Assembly (NCBI GenBank): GCA_964016885.1
Contig: OZ024740.1
Coordinates: 348,564,001 to 348,628,000, forward strand
DNA from: Eledone cirrhosa
Taxonomy: Eukaryota
DNA length: 64,000 nucleotides
Reading direction: 5' to 3'
Shown piece by piece: positions 40,799 to 53,133 of the stretch. Under the pieces are notes generated by a model that worked only from the letters and a program-made list of their open reading frames with translations, searched no databases and was not told the DNA's origin. The first letter of the stretch is position 1, and each line of letters opens with the position of its first letter. The translations under genes and the position numbers were made by a program.

Positions 40799-41214
40799 AA
40801 ATTAAATTAAGTGTGTCATGTCAGAGAGACATGCGCCGATAACCCTATTCACGCCACTGGGATGAAGCTGGTACGATGTGTGTATTTTTAAAAAATGCAA
40901 CACGTGCTGCTAGTCATTCGCAGATTTGAATTTGCTGTGTAAACACAGATTGTTAAATATTCTCCCTTGTTGAAAATACGGGATTTGGCTACTGTGGTTT
41001 ACCGATCGATTGATGGTGAAATATATTTCTTTAATGAAATATATACAAGGAAGATTAATCAATTTATAAGGTATCTATTTCTAAAGTTACCTACCTAGCT
41101 ATGTATGCTTACACACTTTTACAAATTATTCCCTGTGATTGTTTCATATGTTTATTTTAGATATATATATATATATATGTCAATCAATTTCTAGTTGATA
41201 TATTTATATATATA

Positions 41215-42498
41215 CTAGCAGAAGTGCCCGGCGTTGCTCGGAGTTTAATTGCTTTAAAGTACTCTTAATGATTCCACTCAATTATGATTATTGAGGCAAA
41301 GAAACTAAATACGGGTAAGCAAGGAAGGGGAGGTAGCGAAAAATTTTAATTGAACAGTGAATAAGTGGAAAGTGAGTACTAAGTAAGTTGTGATGAAGGC
41401 TGCACGTCAAATAGTAGGTCAAACCTGTAAGCCAAGCCCGTCTGAGTTATAGCACAAAAGAGCGTAAACAGGGGAGATAATTTGGGGCACACTGGAAAAA
41501 AATCATCAAAATCGGACGTTCCTGAAAAAAGTTTTCTCATTATTACTTTGTCTCATATTGCTAAAAACAAAGAAAAAAATTACAAAAAGGACAACAATAA
41601 AATATAATGTCTTTGTTGAGATTCAAGTAAATAAAGGCTTAAGCGTCGTTATGACTACGTTTGTTGTATAAATTCATCTGTTGCCTTTGAATATTTGTTA
41701 TTTGATGTAAAATGTAATGGTGTGAAATGTAATGGTCAAATACCGGTCGCTCTCCGACAGGTTTGCGCTCGTACACCTGGCAGTGGAGACTTCTGGTGCC
41801 CTCAGCCCCAGGGCTACCTCCTTACTCACCACTATAGGCGCTGAGCTGGCTAGCCACAGGTGTGAGCCCCGCGAGATGGAGTGGCTTTTCCAGCGCGTCT
41901 CCCTCGCCGTCCTCTGTGGAAACGCCTTCTCCATTCTGTCCGTCGGGGCTGTGGGTGGGCCCCATCGCGTACCGTTGTAGATGTTGTATACAGATATTAA
42001 CTAACTTAGAAAATGTTTTGAATGAAATGTATTTAGTTTTATCGGCTTAATAAGTTGTGTTATTTGATGTATGAGCGTCGTTATGACTATGTTTGTGGTA
42101 TAAATTGATGTGTTGCTTAGTTTTCAAAGTTTATGTTGCGTTCCTGAACGAAGTTTTCTCGCTGTTAGATTTGCAGAGGAGAGTGAGAGGGGAGTAGAGG
42201 GAGGGAAGAACCTTTTAAAGAGAGTTGTAACATGTATGTAATTTCATCGATTTTTTAGGGTAGTAGAGAGAGGGATTAAGCGTGTAAGAGAGAGGGTTAT
42301 AGCATGTATTTAGTTTTATCGATTTTTTTCATAGAAGCAGCAAATATTTGGCAAAGCTTATTGCGCATTTACCATCGTTGGCAAATTTGGAGCAAATTGG
42401 GAAAGAAATCATCAAAATCGGTAGAGAAATGTGGAAACGCATAAAAATCATACACACAAACAGACAGACATCTTCCGTTTTATATATATATATATAGA
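41215..42498 (-). mobile_element. Non-autonomous Helitron related to 28447-34302
   Basis: Same 3' terminus (CTAGCAGAAGTGCCCGGCGTTGCTCGGAG), similar 5' region, and no RepHel coding sequence. Confidence 0.88.
41732..41980 (+). pseudogene. GC-rich C-terminal fragment of a CRE-like RLE retrotransposon inside the non-autonomous Helitron
   Basis: KY..L...F..LAVETSG....A..LL..IG..LA....EPRE..WLFQRVSLAV..GNA..IL. Confidence 0.65.
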
Positions 42499-43077
42499 TA
42501 TACATATATATATATCGTTTCTGAATTTGTTTAGCAAGATTCTTTATCTGAAATCGTGTGTTGAAACCGATATTGTTATACTTTGGGAGGGTCATGTTGC
42601 CAATAAGAAACACACGCACCAGTTGCTTTCACTTCAATTTAATTTAATATATATTTATAAATTTACAAATTTATAAATTTCTGGTTGGTTGGTTGGTTCC
42701 ACAACCAGATAGTTGTTTATATATATATAGTCATAGTTCTTTCGTCACACACTCTGTGACCTCTTCAGTGACTGGGGATTTCTTTCTTCGTTTCTGTGCC
42801 TTTCCTTTCTTCTATCCTACGCCATTTTGTTTGTGTGTGGGTTGCGTGCTCAGTTTGCGCATGCGCCACATCCGGGTGTCTGTGTGTGTTTGTGTTCATT
42901 TTTCTATTTTTATATTTTTATATTTATATTTGTTTGTTTATTTATTTATTTATTGTTGGTTGGTTGTTTGTTCTATGTGTGTGTGTGTTTTCATTTTGTC
43001 TTGTGTGTGTTTTCATTTTGTGTGTGTTTTCAATTGTAAGTTGTTTATATATGTGTGTGTGTGTTTTCATTTTGTCC

Positions 43078-44873
43078 TTAATTGTAAGTTGTGATGTTGC
43101 TGTTCCACTCATATTTTCTATTTAATTTTGGTTTTAATTCTTTTATGCTTACTGCCTCTGTAATTTGCCTAAACATTGCGTCTTTCTTGTGTGTGGATTC
43201 TATTTTTATTTCTATGCTCTCTAATTTACCCCTGTGTTCTATCTTAGCATGTTGGTAGAGCACAGATGATTCTTTACTATCTTGGAGGTCTCGCCAGTGT
43301 TCATTTATTCGTTCCCCTATACTACGAGCTGTCTCACCTATGTACACTATATTTTTGTTTCTACATTGTCCCTCAGTACATCTTATGCTATATACTACAT
43401 TTCTAGTTTTACAGTTAATATGGGGGCTTATTTTACAGGTTATACATTTCTTATCTATACATGAGGGTCTTTGGAACGGGTATGTCTTGCTAATAAGTGT
43501 TTTTACGGAGGTACCAGGTCTTTCTACTATCTTAATATTGAGATTATGTTTCTTTAGGGCCCTTCTAAATTTGTAGGCTAGTTCACCTCTAGGGGTTGTA
43601 TTGATGAACATTACACTCTGGTATTTATTGCTATCATACCATGAGTTTATTCTATTGGCCTTGTTCTTAGTTCTTTCTATTCTATTCCAAAATTTGCTCC
43701 TATACAAGGGGCAGGTCCCATTTATGTCATTATTTACCATTTTTTCCCATTTGGTTCTGGCTCCTTTATACACTCTGATTCTATCTCTCTGATTGTAGCC
43801 AGAGAACTGCATACGGTGGATGAAGTGTTGTATGTGTCTCTCTAGTTCTTCGGGGTTGCACATGCGGGACACATTTCTCATCACCCGTATCAAATCCGCA
43901 ATCAGTATGTTGATTTTGGTATGGTCCGAAATGGCCGAGTTTCGGTGGATCAGATGTTTGGAAGTCATGGGTTTGGCATAATGGGAATGGAGGATTTGTT
44001 TTTGGTTGTTAATAGTATCTAACCAGAGCTCTGTGTCTAGTACAGGTAATCGATGGTTGGGGTGTCTACTTGGGTAGTCTATAGTAACTCTAATGCTCTG
44101 GTGGATGGAGTTTGCTATTTGCTGGATGCTTTCCATTGTGTTTTTCTCAGGTTCCTGACTGTTCTTTAGTGGGGGTGTCTTAACTACGATGTTTATATCA
44201 TCTACGTAGCGGGAGTACATTATCAGGGTTAATCTGTCTTCTAATTGTTCTTTAAGTTTTTGTTTAAGTCTACTGTCCCACCATACCATGAACAAGTTAG
44301 CTATGTCGCCTGCAATGCTAACACCAATGGCTGCTCCTTCCTCTTGGGCATATGTTTTACCATTAAATTTGAACATATGTTCCTTAAGGGTTAATTTTAT
44401 GCTGGCCCCTACCGCATGTGCAATCATTTTCTTCAGTTCATCGTGGTTTTCGGGTGTCCGTATGGCTCTGGTCCACCCGTTCCATCTATCTGTGTGGGTT
44501 TTCTTGGCCATTGAGGTAATGGTAGGTGGTCTGCCTCTTGCTGGTCTTGTAGGGCACAGGTTGCTAAGGTCATAAGTGTCTAGGTAACTATTACTATGGG
44601 TAAGCTTAAGTAGAAGTCCCAGCTCACTGGTATCAATCCCACGGAACTCAACCTTGCTCTCGCTGATCATTTCGACGCATTTCTCCACAGCAAAATCCAC
44701 GTCAATAGATGGATACAGGGACACAACATCCATACTGCCTATTATGCAGTTTGTTAGGTCCCCAGATCGGTTACCCGCGTCGATTCTGCTGAGGAGGTCC
44801 TCCGTGCTGTCACACACATCTGGGGACATCTCAATGATGGGGCGTATGATCAGGGAGAGGAAGTAGGACAGTC
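43078..44873 (-). CDS. 5'-truncated PLE RT + GIY-YIG endonuclease (inverted copy)
   Basis: The protein is identical to the matching part of ORF 48400-51096. The N-terminal residues of the called ORF come from the junction. Confidence 0.85.
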
Positions 44874-44882
44874 GGCACGTCA

Positions 44883-46808
44883 TTGTTCCAGGCCTGGAAC
44901 AATGACGTGCCGGCGTTGTATGGGCTTCGAAAAGACCATAAAACGGGCTGGGACCCTGTCGCGGGACCACCAACACGGCCAGTCTGTGGGGCTAACATTG
45001 CTAGTAACTACAGACTGTCCTACTTCCTCTCCCTGATCATACGCCCCATCATTGAGATGTCCCCAGATGTGTGTGACAGCACGGAGGACCTCCTCAGCAG
45101 AATCGACGCGGGTAACCGATCTGGGGACCTAACAAACTGCATAATAGGCAGTATGGATGTTGTGTCCCTGTATCCATCTATTGACGTGGATTTTGCTGTG
45201 GAGAAATGCGTCGAAATGATCAGCGAGAGCAAGGTTGAGTTCCGTGGGATTGATACCAGTGAGCTGGGACTTCTACTTAAGCTTACCCATAGTAATAGTT
45301 ACCTAGACACTTATGACCTTAGCAACCTGTGCCCTACAAGACCAGCAAGAGGCAGACCACCTACCATTACCTCAATGGCCAAGAAAACCCACACAGATAG
45401 ATGGAACGGGTGGACCAGAGCCATACGGACACCCGAAAACCACGATGAACTGAAGAAAATGATTGCACATGCGGTAGGGGCCAGCATAAAATTAACCCTT
45501 AAGGAACATATGTTCAAATTTAATGGTAAAACATATGCCCAAGAGGAAGGAGCAGCCATTGGTGTTAGCATTGCAGGCGACATAGCTAACTTGTTCATGG
45601 TATGGTGGGACAGTAGACTTAAACAAAAACTTAAAGAACAATTAGAAGACAGATTAACCCTGATAATGTACTCCCGCTACGTAGATGATATAAACATCGT
45701 AGTTAAGACACCCCCACTAAAGAACAGTCAGGAACCTGAGAAAAACACAATGGAAAGCATCCAGCAAATAGCAAACTCCATCCACCAGAGCATTAGAGTT
45801 ACTATAGACTACCCAAGTAGACACCCCAACCATCGATTACCTGTACTAGACACAGAGCTCTGGTTAGATACTATTAACAACCAAAAACAAATCCTCCATT
45901 CCCATTATGCCAAACCCATGACTTCCAAACATCTGATCCACCGAAACTCGGCCATTTCGGACCATACCAAAATCAACATACTGATTGCGGATTTGATACG
46001 GGTGATGAGAAATGTGTCCCGCATGTGCAACCCCGAAGAACTAGAGAGACACATACAACACTTCATCCACCGTATGCAGTTCTCTGGCTACAATCAGAGA
46101 GATAGAATCAGAGTGTATAAAGGAGCCAGAACCAAATGGGAAAAAATGGTAAATAATGACATAAATGGGACCTGCCCCTTGTATAGGAGCAAATTTTGGA
46201 ATAGAATAGAAAGAACTAAGAACAAGGCCAATAGAATAAACTCATGGTATGATAGCAATAAATACCAGAGTGTAATGTTCATCAATACAACCCCTAGAGG
46301 TGAACTAGCCTACAAATTTAGAAGGGCCCTAAAGAAACATAATCTCAATATTAAGATAGTAGAAAGACCTGGTACCTCCGTAAAAACACTTATTAGCAAG
46401 ACATACCCGTTCCAAAGACCCTCATGTATAGATAAGAAATGTATAACCTGTAAAATAAGCCCCCATATTAACTGTAAAACTAGAAATGTAGTATATAGCA
46501 TAAGATGTACTGAGGGACAATGTAGAAACAAAAATATAGTGTACATAGGTGAGACAGCTCGTAGTATAGGGGAACGAATAAATGAACACTGGCGAGACCT
46601 CCAAGATAGTAAAGAATCATCTGTGCTCTACCAACATGCTAAGATAGAACACAGGGGTAAATTAGAGAGCATAGAAATAAAAATAGAATCCACACACAAG
46701 AAAGACGCAATGTTTAGGCAAATTACAGAGGCAGTAAGCATAAAAGAATTAAAACCAAAATTAAATAGAAAATATGAGTGGAACAGCAACATCACAACTT
46801 ACAATTAA
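44883..46808 (+). CDS. 5'-truncated PLE RT + GIY-YIG endonuclease (tandem upstream copy)
   Basis: Motifs LYGLRKDHK, RPVC, SMDVVSLYPSI, GAAIG, YSRYVDD and VVY...YIGET. Confidence 0.85.
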   Translation: MFQAWNNDVPALYGLRKDHKTGWDPVAGPPTRPVCGANIASNYRLSYFLSLIIRPIIEMSPDVCDSTEDLLSRIDAGNRSGDLTNCIIGSMDVVSLYPSIDVDFAVEKCVEMISESKVEFRGIDTSELGLLLKLTHSNSYLDTYDLSNLCPTRPARGRPPTITSMAKKTHTDRWNGWTRAIRTPENHDELKKMIAHAVGASIKLTLKEHMFKFNGKTYAQEEGAAIGVSIAGDIANLFMVWWDSRLKQKLKEQLEDRLTLIMYSRYVDDINIVVKTPPLKNSQEPEKNTMESIQQIANSIHQSIRVTIDYPSRHPNHRLPVLDTELWLDTINNQKQILHSHYAKPMTSKHLIHRNSAISDHTKINILIADLIRVMRNVSRMCNPEELERHIQHFIHRMQFSGYNQRDRIRVYKGARTKWEKMVNNDINGTCPLYRSKFWNRIERTKNKANRINSWYDSNKYQSVMFINTTPRGELAYKFRRALKKHNLNIKIVERPGTSVKTLISKTYPFQRPSCIDKKCITCKISPHINCKTRNVVYSIRCTEGQCRNKNIVYIGETARSIGERINEHWRDLQDSKESSVLYQHAKIEHRGKLESIEIKIESTHKKDAMFRQITEAVSIKELKPKLNRKYEWNSNITTYN

Positions 46809-47112
46809 GGACAAAATGAAAACACACACACACATATATAAACAACTTACAATTGAAAACACACACAAAATGAAAACACACACAAGACAAAATGAAAACA
46901 CACACACACATAGAACAAACATCCAACCAACAATAAATAAATAAATAAACAAACAAATATAAATATAAAAATATAAAAATAGAAAAATGAACACAAACAC
47001 ACACAGACACCCGGATGTGGCGCATGCGCAAACTGAGCACGCAACCCACACACAAACAAAATGGCGTAGGATAGAAGAAAGGAAAGGCACAGAAACGAAG
47101 AAAGAAATCCCC

Positions 47113-47157
47113 AGTCACTGAAGAGGTCACAGAGTGTGTGACGAAAGAACTATGACT
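47113..47157 (+). ncRNA. Minimal hammerhead ribozyme in the PLE pLTR
   Basis: AGTCA-CTGAAGA-G-GTCAC...GTGAC-GAAA-GAAC-TA-TGACT. Minimal HHRs are an established feature of PLE pLTRs. Confidence 0.8.
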
Positions 47158-47290
47158 ATATATATATAAACAACTATCTGGTTGTGGAACCAACCAACCA
47201 ACCAGAAATTTATAAATTTGTAAATTTATAAATATATATTAAATTAAATTGAAGTGAAAGCAACTGGTGCGTGTGTTTCTTATTGGCAAC

Positions 47291-48427
47291 ATGACCCTCC
47301 CAAAGTATAACAATATCGGTTTCAACACACGATTTCAGATAAAGAATCTTGCTAAACAAATTCAGAAACGAAATATCGTAAGCCTTAGCCAGGCTAACAA
47401 GATACTGAAAACCACCATGTTCTGTTGTCTACGAAAAACCATAACATCTCGACAACTACACTTCATAAAACTGTGCACCACTTCTAGAATCTACACCAAC
47501 ACCATCAATACCGACGTTAGAAGATTACAACTCACCAAAAAACAAGCAGATAGGCTAAAACGAACTTTAATTCTAAACATAAAAAAGAAGATCTATAGAG
47601 AATTAAGTCATCAAGAAAAACTAAAGCGTAACCTAATAGATGAAATATCTAAAATCACCACACCAGCAGAAAAACTAACATTTATAAGCCTTATACGCCC
47701 CGAAGAACAGTACATTACTCAAGAATGTAATAAGCACTTTAACAGAAAATTAAAGTGGCTTAAACAGGCAAAGCTAAATCGGGATACTATAGAGTATACC
47801 AATAGATATCCCGACAAAATTGACGGTATCAACATGGCCGACACCTCATTATCTGAAGAGTTCAACAATAAAAATACCAACATTTATGGAAACACGAAAA
47901 TAGATAATAATGAAATGTCTGTGTTACGTTTGCCACCCAAATTTGCGACATTCAAGAAGGTAAATATGATTAGTTGTCTGTCAGAAATAGAAAAATCATT
48001 TACGAAACTACGCTGGAGCATCAAAAACAAAAACAAAAGCAACAATATACGCACACACATATACAACACACATCCCAACAACAACAGACACACAGACACA
48101 AACAATAACAACAACAATAGCAACATACCCAGATACAATACCAACAATAGCAACATACCCAGATACAACAGACACGCAGACACAAACAACAATAACAACA
48201 CACACGGAGACAACAATAACAACAACACACACATCAACAACAACAACAACAGCAACATACCCAGATACAACAACAACAGACACGCAAACACAAACAACAA
48301 TAACAACACACACAACAACGATAACACACACACACACACGGAGACAACAACACACATCAACAACAACACACATCAACAACAACAACACACACACATTCAA
48401 TGCCTCTCACCACCACTACAATCTTAA
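47291..48427 (+). CDS. PLE polyprotein N-terminal region with Asn/Thr/His-rich repeats
   Basis: ATG at 47291 (MTLPKYNN); EMSVLRLPPKFA resembles the PLE N-terminal motif. It overlaps the RT ORF in another frame. Confidence 0.75.
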   Translation: MTLPKYNNIGFNTRFQIKNLAKQIQKRNIVSLSQANKILKTTMFCCLRKTITSRQLHFIKLCTTSRIYTNTINTDVRRLQLTKKQADRLKRTLILNIKKKIYRELSHQEKLKRNLIDEISKITTPAEKLTFISLIRPEEQYITQECNKHFNRKLKWLKQAKLNRDTIEYTNRYPDKIDGINMADTSLSEEFNNKNTNIYGNTKIDNNEMSVLRLPPKFATFKKVNMISCLSEIEKSFTKLRWSIKNKNKSNNIRTHIYNTHPNNNRHTDTNNNNNNSNIPRYNTNNSNIPRYNRHADTNNNNNTHGDNNNNNTHINNNNNSNIPRYNNNRHANTNNNNNTHNNDNTHTHTETTTHINNNTHQQQQHTHIQCLSPPLQS

Positions 48428-51096
48428 CAAACACACAGACACAGAAAACAAGTAATGACAGTAGCACAGAAATCAGAGAAATAAGAGAAAGTAATAGGAT
48501 TAAAAGGAGTAGGGAGACTAAGGACAAAGAGAATAACCAAGACGAACACACAGACACACAAAATAGGGTAGATAACAACATTGAGCCAGTGGAAAGAGAC
48601 AGGAGTAATTATGAGAGACATAGAAACAACCATGAAGCTGAGGCTGCTGCTGTTGGTGGAAATAGAAACAACACAACTAACAATAGCGCAAGTACACATA
48701 AAGCAGCAGCCTGGAACTCTCCGTTTTATAACCACTCCGATAAATCATTCGACCTACGACGAGTCCACGCCACGACTTTGCCATTTAACAAACGCACGCA
48801 GTTGCCGTCGCAGGTCGATGAACAAACAGAAGCACAATTTAGTATAGCTAAATCCGAACTTAGAAATATTATAGAACAGTATAGCAAGAAGCATAATAGA
48901 ATAGAGGCCCAGCAACTGGGAGAAGAATCTGCAAATGGCTTGCGTAAGCTCATGCAGCGCTCGCGTAATGGAGAGATAGCATGCTTTCCAACAGACAAGT
49001 CTGGCAGAATGTCGGTTGACAGCCTGCCAAACTACATCCAGGCAATGCAACCCCACATCACTAACACAAGAGAGGTAACACCACAGGAGCATGAGGACAG
49101 AGAAAAAACCCTCAATGCCCATATGGTGATGTGGACAAATATAATGCAGCCCAACAAAAGGACTGCCAACAACTTCCAGGCCTGGAACAATGACGTGCCG
49201 GCGTTGTATGGGCTTCGAAAAGACCATAAAACGGGCTGGGACCCTGTCGCGGGACCACCAACACGGCCAGTCTGTGGGGCTAACATTGCTAGTAACTACA
49301 GACTGTCCTACTTCCTCTCCCTGATCATACGCCCCATCATTGAGATGTCCCCAGATGTGTGTGACAGCACGGAGGACCTCCTCAGCAGAATCGACGCGGG
49401 TAACCGATCTGGGGACCTAACAAACTGCATAATAGGCAGTATGGATGTTGTGTCCCTGTATCCATCTATTGACGTGGATTTTGCTGTGGAGAAATGCGTC
49501 GAAATGATCAGCGAGAGCAAGGTTGAGTTCCGTGGGATTGATACCAGTGAGCTGGGACTTCTACTTAAGCTTACCCATAGTAATAGTTACCTAGACACTT
49601 ATGACCTTAGCAACCTGTGCCCTACAAGACCAGCAAGAGGCAGACCACCTACCATTACCTCAATGGCCAAGAAAACCCACACAGATAGATGGAACGGGTG
49701 GACCAGAGCCATACGGACACCCGAAAACCACGATGAACTGAAGAAAATGATTGCACATGCGGTAGGGGCCAGCATAAAATTAACCCTTAAGGAACATATG
49801 TTCAAATTTAATGGTAAAACATATGCCCAAGAGGAAGGAGCAGCCATTGGTGTTAGCATTGCAGGCGACATAGCTAACTTGTTCATGGTATGGTGGGACA
49901 GTAGACTTAAACAAAAACTTAAAGAACAATTAGAAGACAGATTAACCCTGATAATGTACTCCCGCTACGTAGATGATATAAACATCGTAGTTAAGACACC
50001 CCCACTAAAGAACAGTCAGGAACCTGAGAAAAACACAATGGAAAGCATCCAGCAAATAGCAAACTCCATCCACCAGAGCATTAGAGTTACTATAGACTAC
50101 CCAAGTAGACACCCCAACCATCGATTACCTGTACTAGACACAGAGCTCTGGTTAGATACTATTAACAACCAAAAACAAATCCTCCATTCCCATTATGCCA
50201 AACCCATGACTTCCAAACATCTGATCCACCGAAACTCGGCCATTTCGGACCATACCAAAATCAACATACTGATTGCGGATTTGATACGGGTGATGAGAAA
50301 TGTGTCCCGCATGTGCAACCCCGAAGAACTAGAGAGACACATACAACACTTCATCCACCGTATGCAGTTCTCTGGCTACAATCAGAGAGATAGAATCAGA
50401 GTGTATAAAGGAGCCAGAACCAAATGGGAAAAAATGGTAAATAATGACATAAATGGGACCTGCCCCTTGTATAGGAGCAAATTTTGGAATAGAATAGAAA
50501 GAACTAAGAACAAGGCCAATAGAATAAACTCATGGTATGATAGCAATAAATACCAGAGTGTAATGTTCATCAATACAACCCCTAGAGGTGAACTAGCCTA
50601 CAAATTTAGAAGGGCCCTAAAGAAACATAATCTCAATATTAAGATAGTAGAAAGACCTGGTACCTCCGTAAAAACACTTATTAGCAAGACATACCCGTTC
50701 CAAAGACCCTCATGTATAGATAAGAAATGTATAACCTGTAAAATAAGCCCCCATATTAACTGTAAAACTAGAAATGTAGTATATAGCATAAGATGTACTG
50801 AGGGACAATGTAGAAACAAAAATATAGTGTACATAGGTGAGACAGCTCGTAGTATAGGGGAACGAATAAATGAACACTGGCGAGACCTCCAAGATAGTAA
50901 AGAATCATCTGTGCTCTACCAACATGCTAAGATAGAACACAGGGGTAAATTAGAGAGCATAGAAATAAAAATAGAATCCACACACAAGAAAGACGCAATG
51001 TTTAGGCAAATTACAGAGGCAGTAAGCATAAAAGAATTAAAACCAAAATTAAATAGAAAATATGAGTGGAACAGCAACATCACAACTTACAATTAA
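48400..51096 (+). CDS. PLE reverse transcriptase + GIY-YIG endonuclease (Neptune-like by inference)
   Basis: PTDKSG, RT motifs including YVDD, a Cys linker CIDKKCITC, and VVYSIRC-x4-C...YIGET...H-x4-H. Confidence 0.93.
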   Translation: MPLTTTTILTNTQTQKTSNDSSTEIREIRESNRIKRSRETKDKENNQDEHTDTQNRVDNNIEPVERDRSNYERHRNNHEAEAAAVGGNRNNTTNNSASTHKAAAWNSPFYNHSDKSFDLRRVHATTLPFNKRTQLPSQVDEQTEAQFSIAKSELRNIIEQYSKKHNRIEAQQLGEESANGLRKLMQRSRNGEIACFPTDKSGRMSVDSLPNYIQAMQPHITNTREVTPQEHEDREKTLNAHMVMWTNIMQPNKRTANNFQAWNNDVPALYGLRKDHKTGWDPVAGPPTRPVCGANIASNYRLSYFLSLIIRPIIEMSPDVCDSTEDLLSRIDAGNRSGDLTNCIIGSMDVVSLYPSIDVDFAVEKCVEMISESKVEFRGIDTSELGLLLKLTHSNSYLDTYDLSNLCPTRPARGRPPTITSMAKKTHTDRWNGWTRAIRTPENHDELKKMIAHAVGASIKLTLKEHMFKFNGKTYAQEEGAAIGVSIAGDIANLFMVWWDSRLKQKLKEQLEDRLTLIMYSRYVDDINIVVKTPPLKNSQEPEKNTMESIQQIANSIHQSIRVTIDYPSRHPNHRLPVLDTELWLDTINNQKQILHSHYAKPMTSKHLIHRNSAISDHTKINILIADLIRVMRNVSRMCNPEELERHIQHFIHRMQFSGYNQRDRIRVYKGARTKWEKMVNNDINGTCPLYRSKFWNRIERTKNKANRINSWYDSNKYQSVMFINTTPRGELAYKFRRALKKHNLNIKIVERPGTSVKTLISKTYPFQRPSCIDKKCITCKISPHINCKTRNVVYSIRCTEGQCRNKNIVYIGETARSIGERINEHWRDLQDSKESSVLYQHAKIEHRGKLESIEIKIESTHKKDAMFRQITEAVSIKELKPKLNRKYEWNSNITTYN

Positions 51097-52420
51097 GGAC
51101 AAAATGAAAACACACACACACATATATAAACAACTTACAATTGAAAACACACACAAAATGAAAACACACACAAGACAAAATGAAAACACACACACACATA
51201 GAACAAACAACCAACCAACAATAAATAAATAAATAAACAAACAAATATAAATATAAAAATATAAAAATAGAAAAATGAACACAAACACACACAGACACCC
51301 GGATGTGGCGCATGCGCAAACTGAGCACGCAACCCACACACAAACAAAATGGCGTAGGATAGAAGAAAGGAAAGGCACAGAAACGAAGAAAGAAATCCCC
51401 AGTCACTGAAGAGGTCACAGAGTGTGTGACGAAAGAACTATGACTATATATATATAAACAACTATCTGGTTGTGGAACCAACCAACCAACCAGAAATTTA
51501 TAAATTTGTAAATTTATAAATATATATTAAATTAAATTGAAGTGAAAGCAACTGGTGCGTGTGTTTCTTATTGGCAACATGACCCTCCCAAAGTATAACA
51601 ACATATATATATATATATATACATATTATTAGTTTCACGCTTGGTGAGAGTGGGGAGTGTGGTTACGACGTTTCGGACATAAGACTTCATCAGGAGCGTG
51701 GGGGAGGGGGGACTCCGAGAAGGAGTGAGGGAGGAGTTAGCGGGAAAAACATGAAAGTACAATAAATAAAAATAGAATTGAATATAGAACACGAAGTGGA
51801 AAAAATTGAATATATAAGGAAAACGGAAATTTTAAACAAAATTATATTTAAATGTATGGATCTGGGAAGGTACGGGTGTGGTGGTGTGTGAGGGGTGGAG
51901 GGAAGGTGGAGGGAGAGGGGGAAGGCAAAATGGAGTGCGAGCGGGGATGGGGGAAAGTGGGGTGTGTGTGTGTATAGATGTACGTGAGTGTGCGTATGCG
52001 TGGATGTAAGTGAGAGAGTCTGGGTGAGAGCGAGTGTATATGATTGTGGGTTTTGAAAAACGACTGTGAGTGTTGGAGTGGAGTGTATGTCTGTGTGTGC
52101 TGCATAGTCCCTGTATGAGTATGTATGAGTATGTGTGTGTGTGTGTGCGTGTGTGTGGATGGAAAGGGTCGGATGGGGTGAAGGGAGATCATGTGGGATC
52201 CGGAGGCGGTGTGGGATGGAGTGTGGGTGTACGTGTGATGTGCACGTGTGTGTGTGTGTGTGATTGTGTGGTTAAGAGAAGATGATGTAGGTTCGTGTGA
52301 TATGTATAGTTGCGTGTGTGTGTGTGTGAACATGGTGCAAGTGTCTGTGTATGTGTAAGGTTCTTAATGGATATCTGTGTGTATGTATGTGGATATATAC
52401 ATATGTATGTGGATATATAC

Positions 52421-52523
<103 letters not shown>

Positions 52524-53099
52524 CATAAGATAATTGTTTCATTTACCCGAGGTATCTTGAAGGCAGATGTTATATCTGTCTTCAGTCGTCAAAATGAATA
52601 AATAACATGGTGTTTTTATTAAATATGGATTTGAAAACAAACTTTAGGAAATATGAAAGTGAGGCTGAAAAAACGGGCAAAAAGGATTTAGGGGAAAAAA
52701 TATATAAATAAATATCCAGAACATAAACATCCACACACTCAACCACGCGCTTATACGTAATAATTGTTTCTACTTTAGGCACAAGGCCAGCAATTCACCA
52801 GTGCATTACTGGTACTTTATTTTATCGACCCCGTAAGGATGAAAGGCAAAGTCAACCTCGGCGGGATTTGAACTCAGATCGTAAAGGGACGTAACGTAGA
52901 CGTATACTTTCTCACATAAGCGTATTTGCGTCTATTTGGAAATACGAACAGACATATAAATACATACACACACATATATACAAATATATATGCACTCATA
53001 TATGTACACACAAACACACACACATACACATACATACAAACAAAAAAGGATCTATACATACGCTCACGTGTATATATAGATACATATACACATACATAT

Positions 53100-53133
<34 letters not shown>

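Larger units (their letters stand above)
42515..51600. mobile_element. Penelope-like element complex: inverted partial copy, direct partial copy and full 4288-bp unit
   Basis: 42516-44873 is the reverse complement of 45013-47370. 44886-47312 recurs 4288 bp downstream. (TA)n flanks both sides. HHRs are at 42729-42773(-), 47113-47157(+) and 51401-51445(+). Confidence 0.95.

Noticed and set aside
47884-48400. Hydrophobic or Cys-rich minus-strand ORFs resembling membrane or metallothionein-like proteins
   Set aside because: They are antisense readings of the AAC/AC-rich PLE linker.
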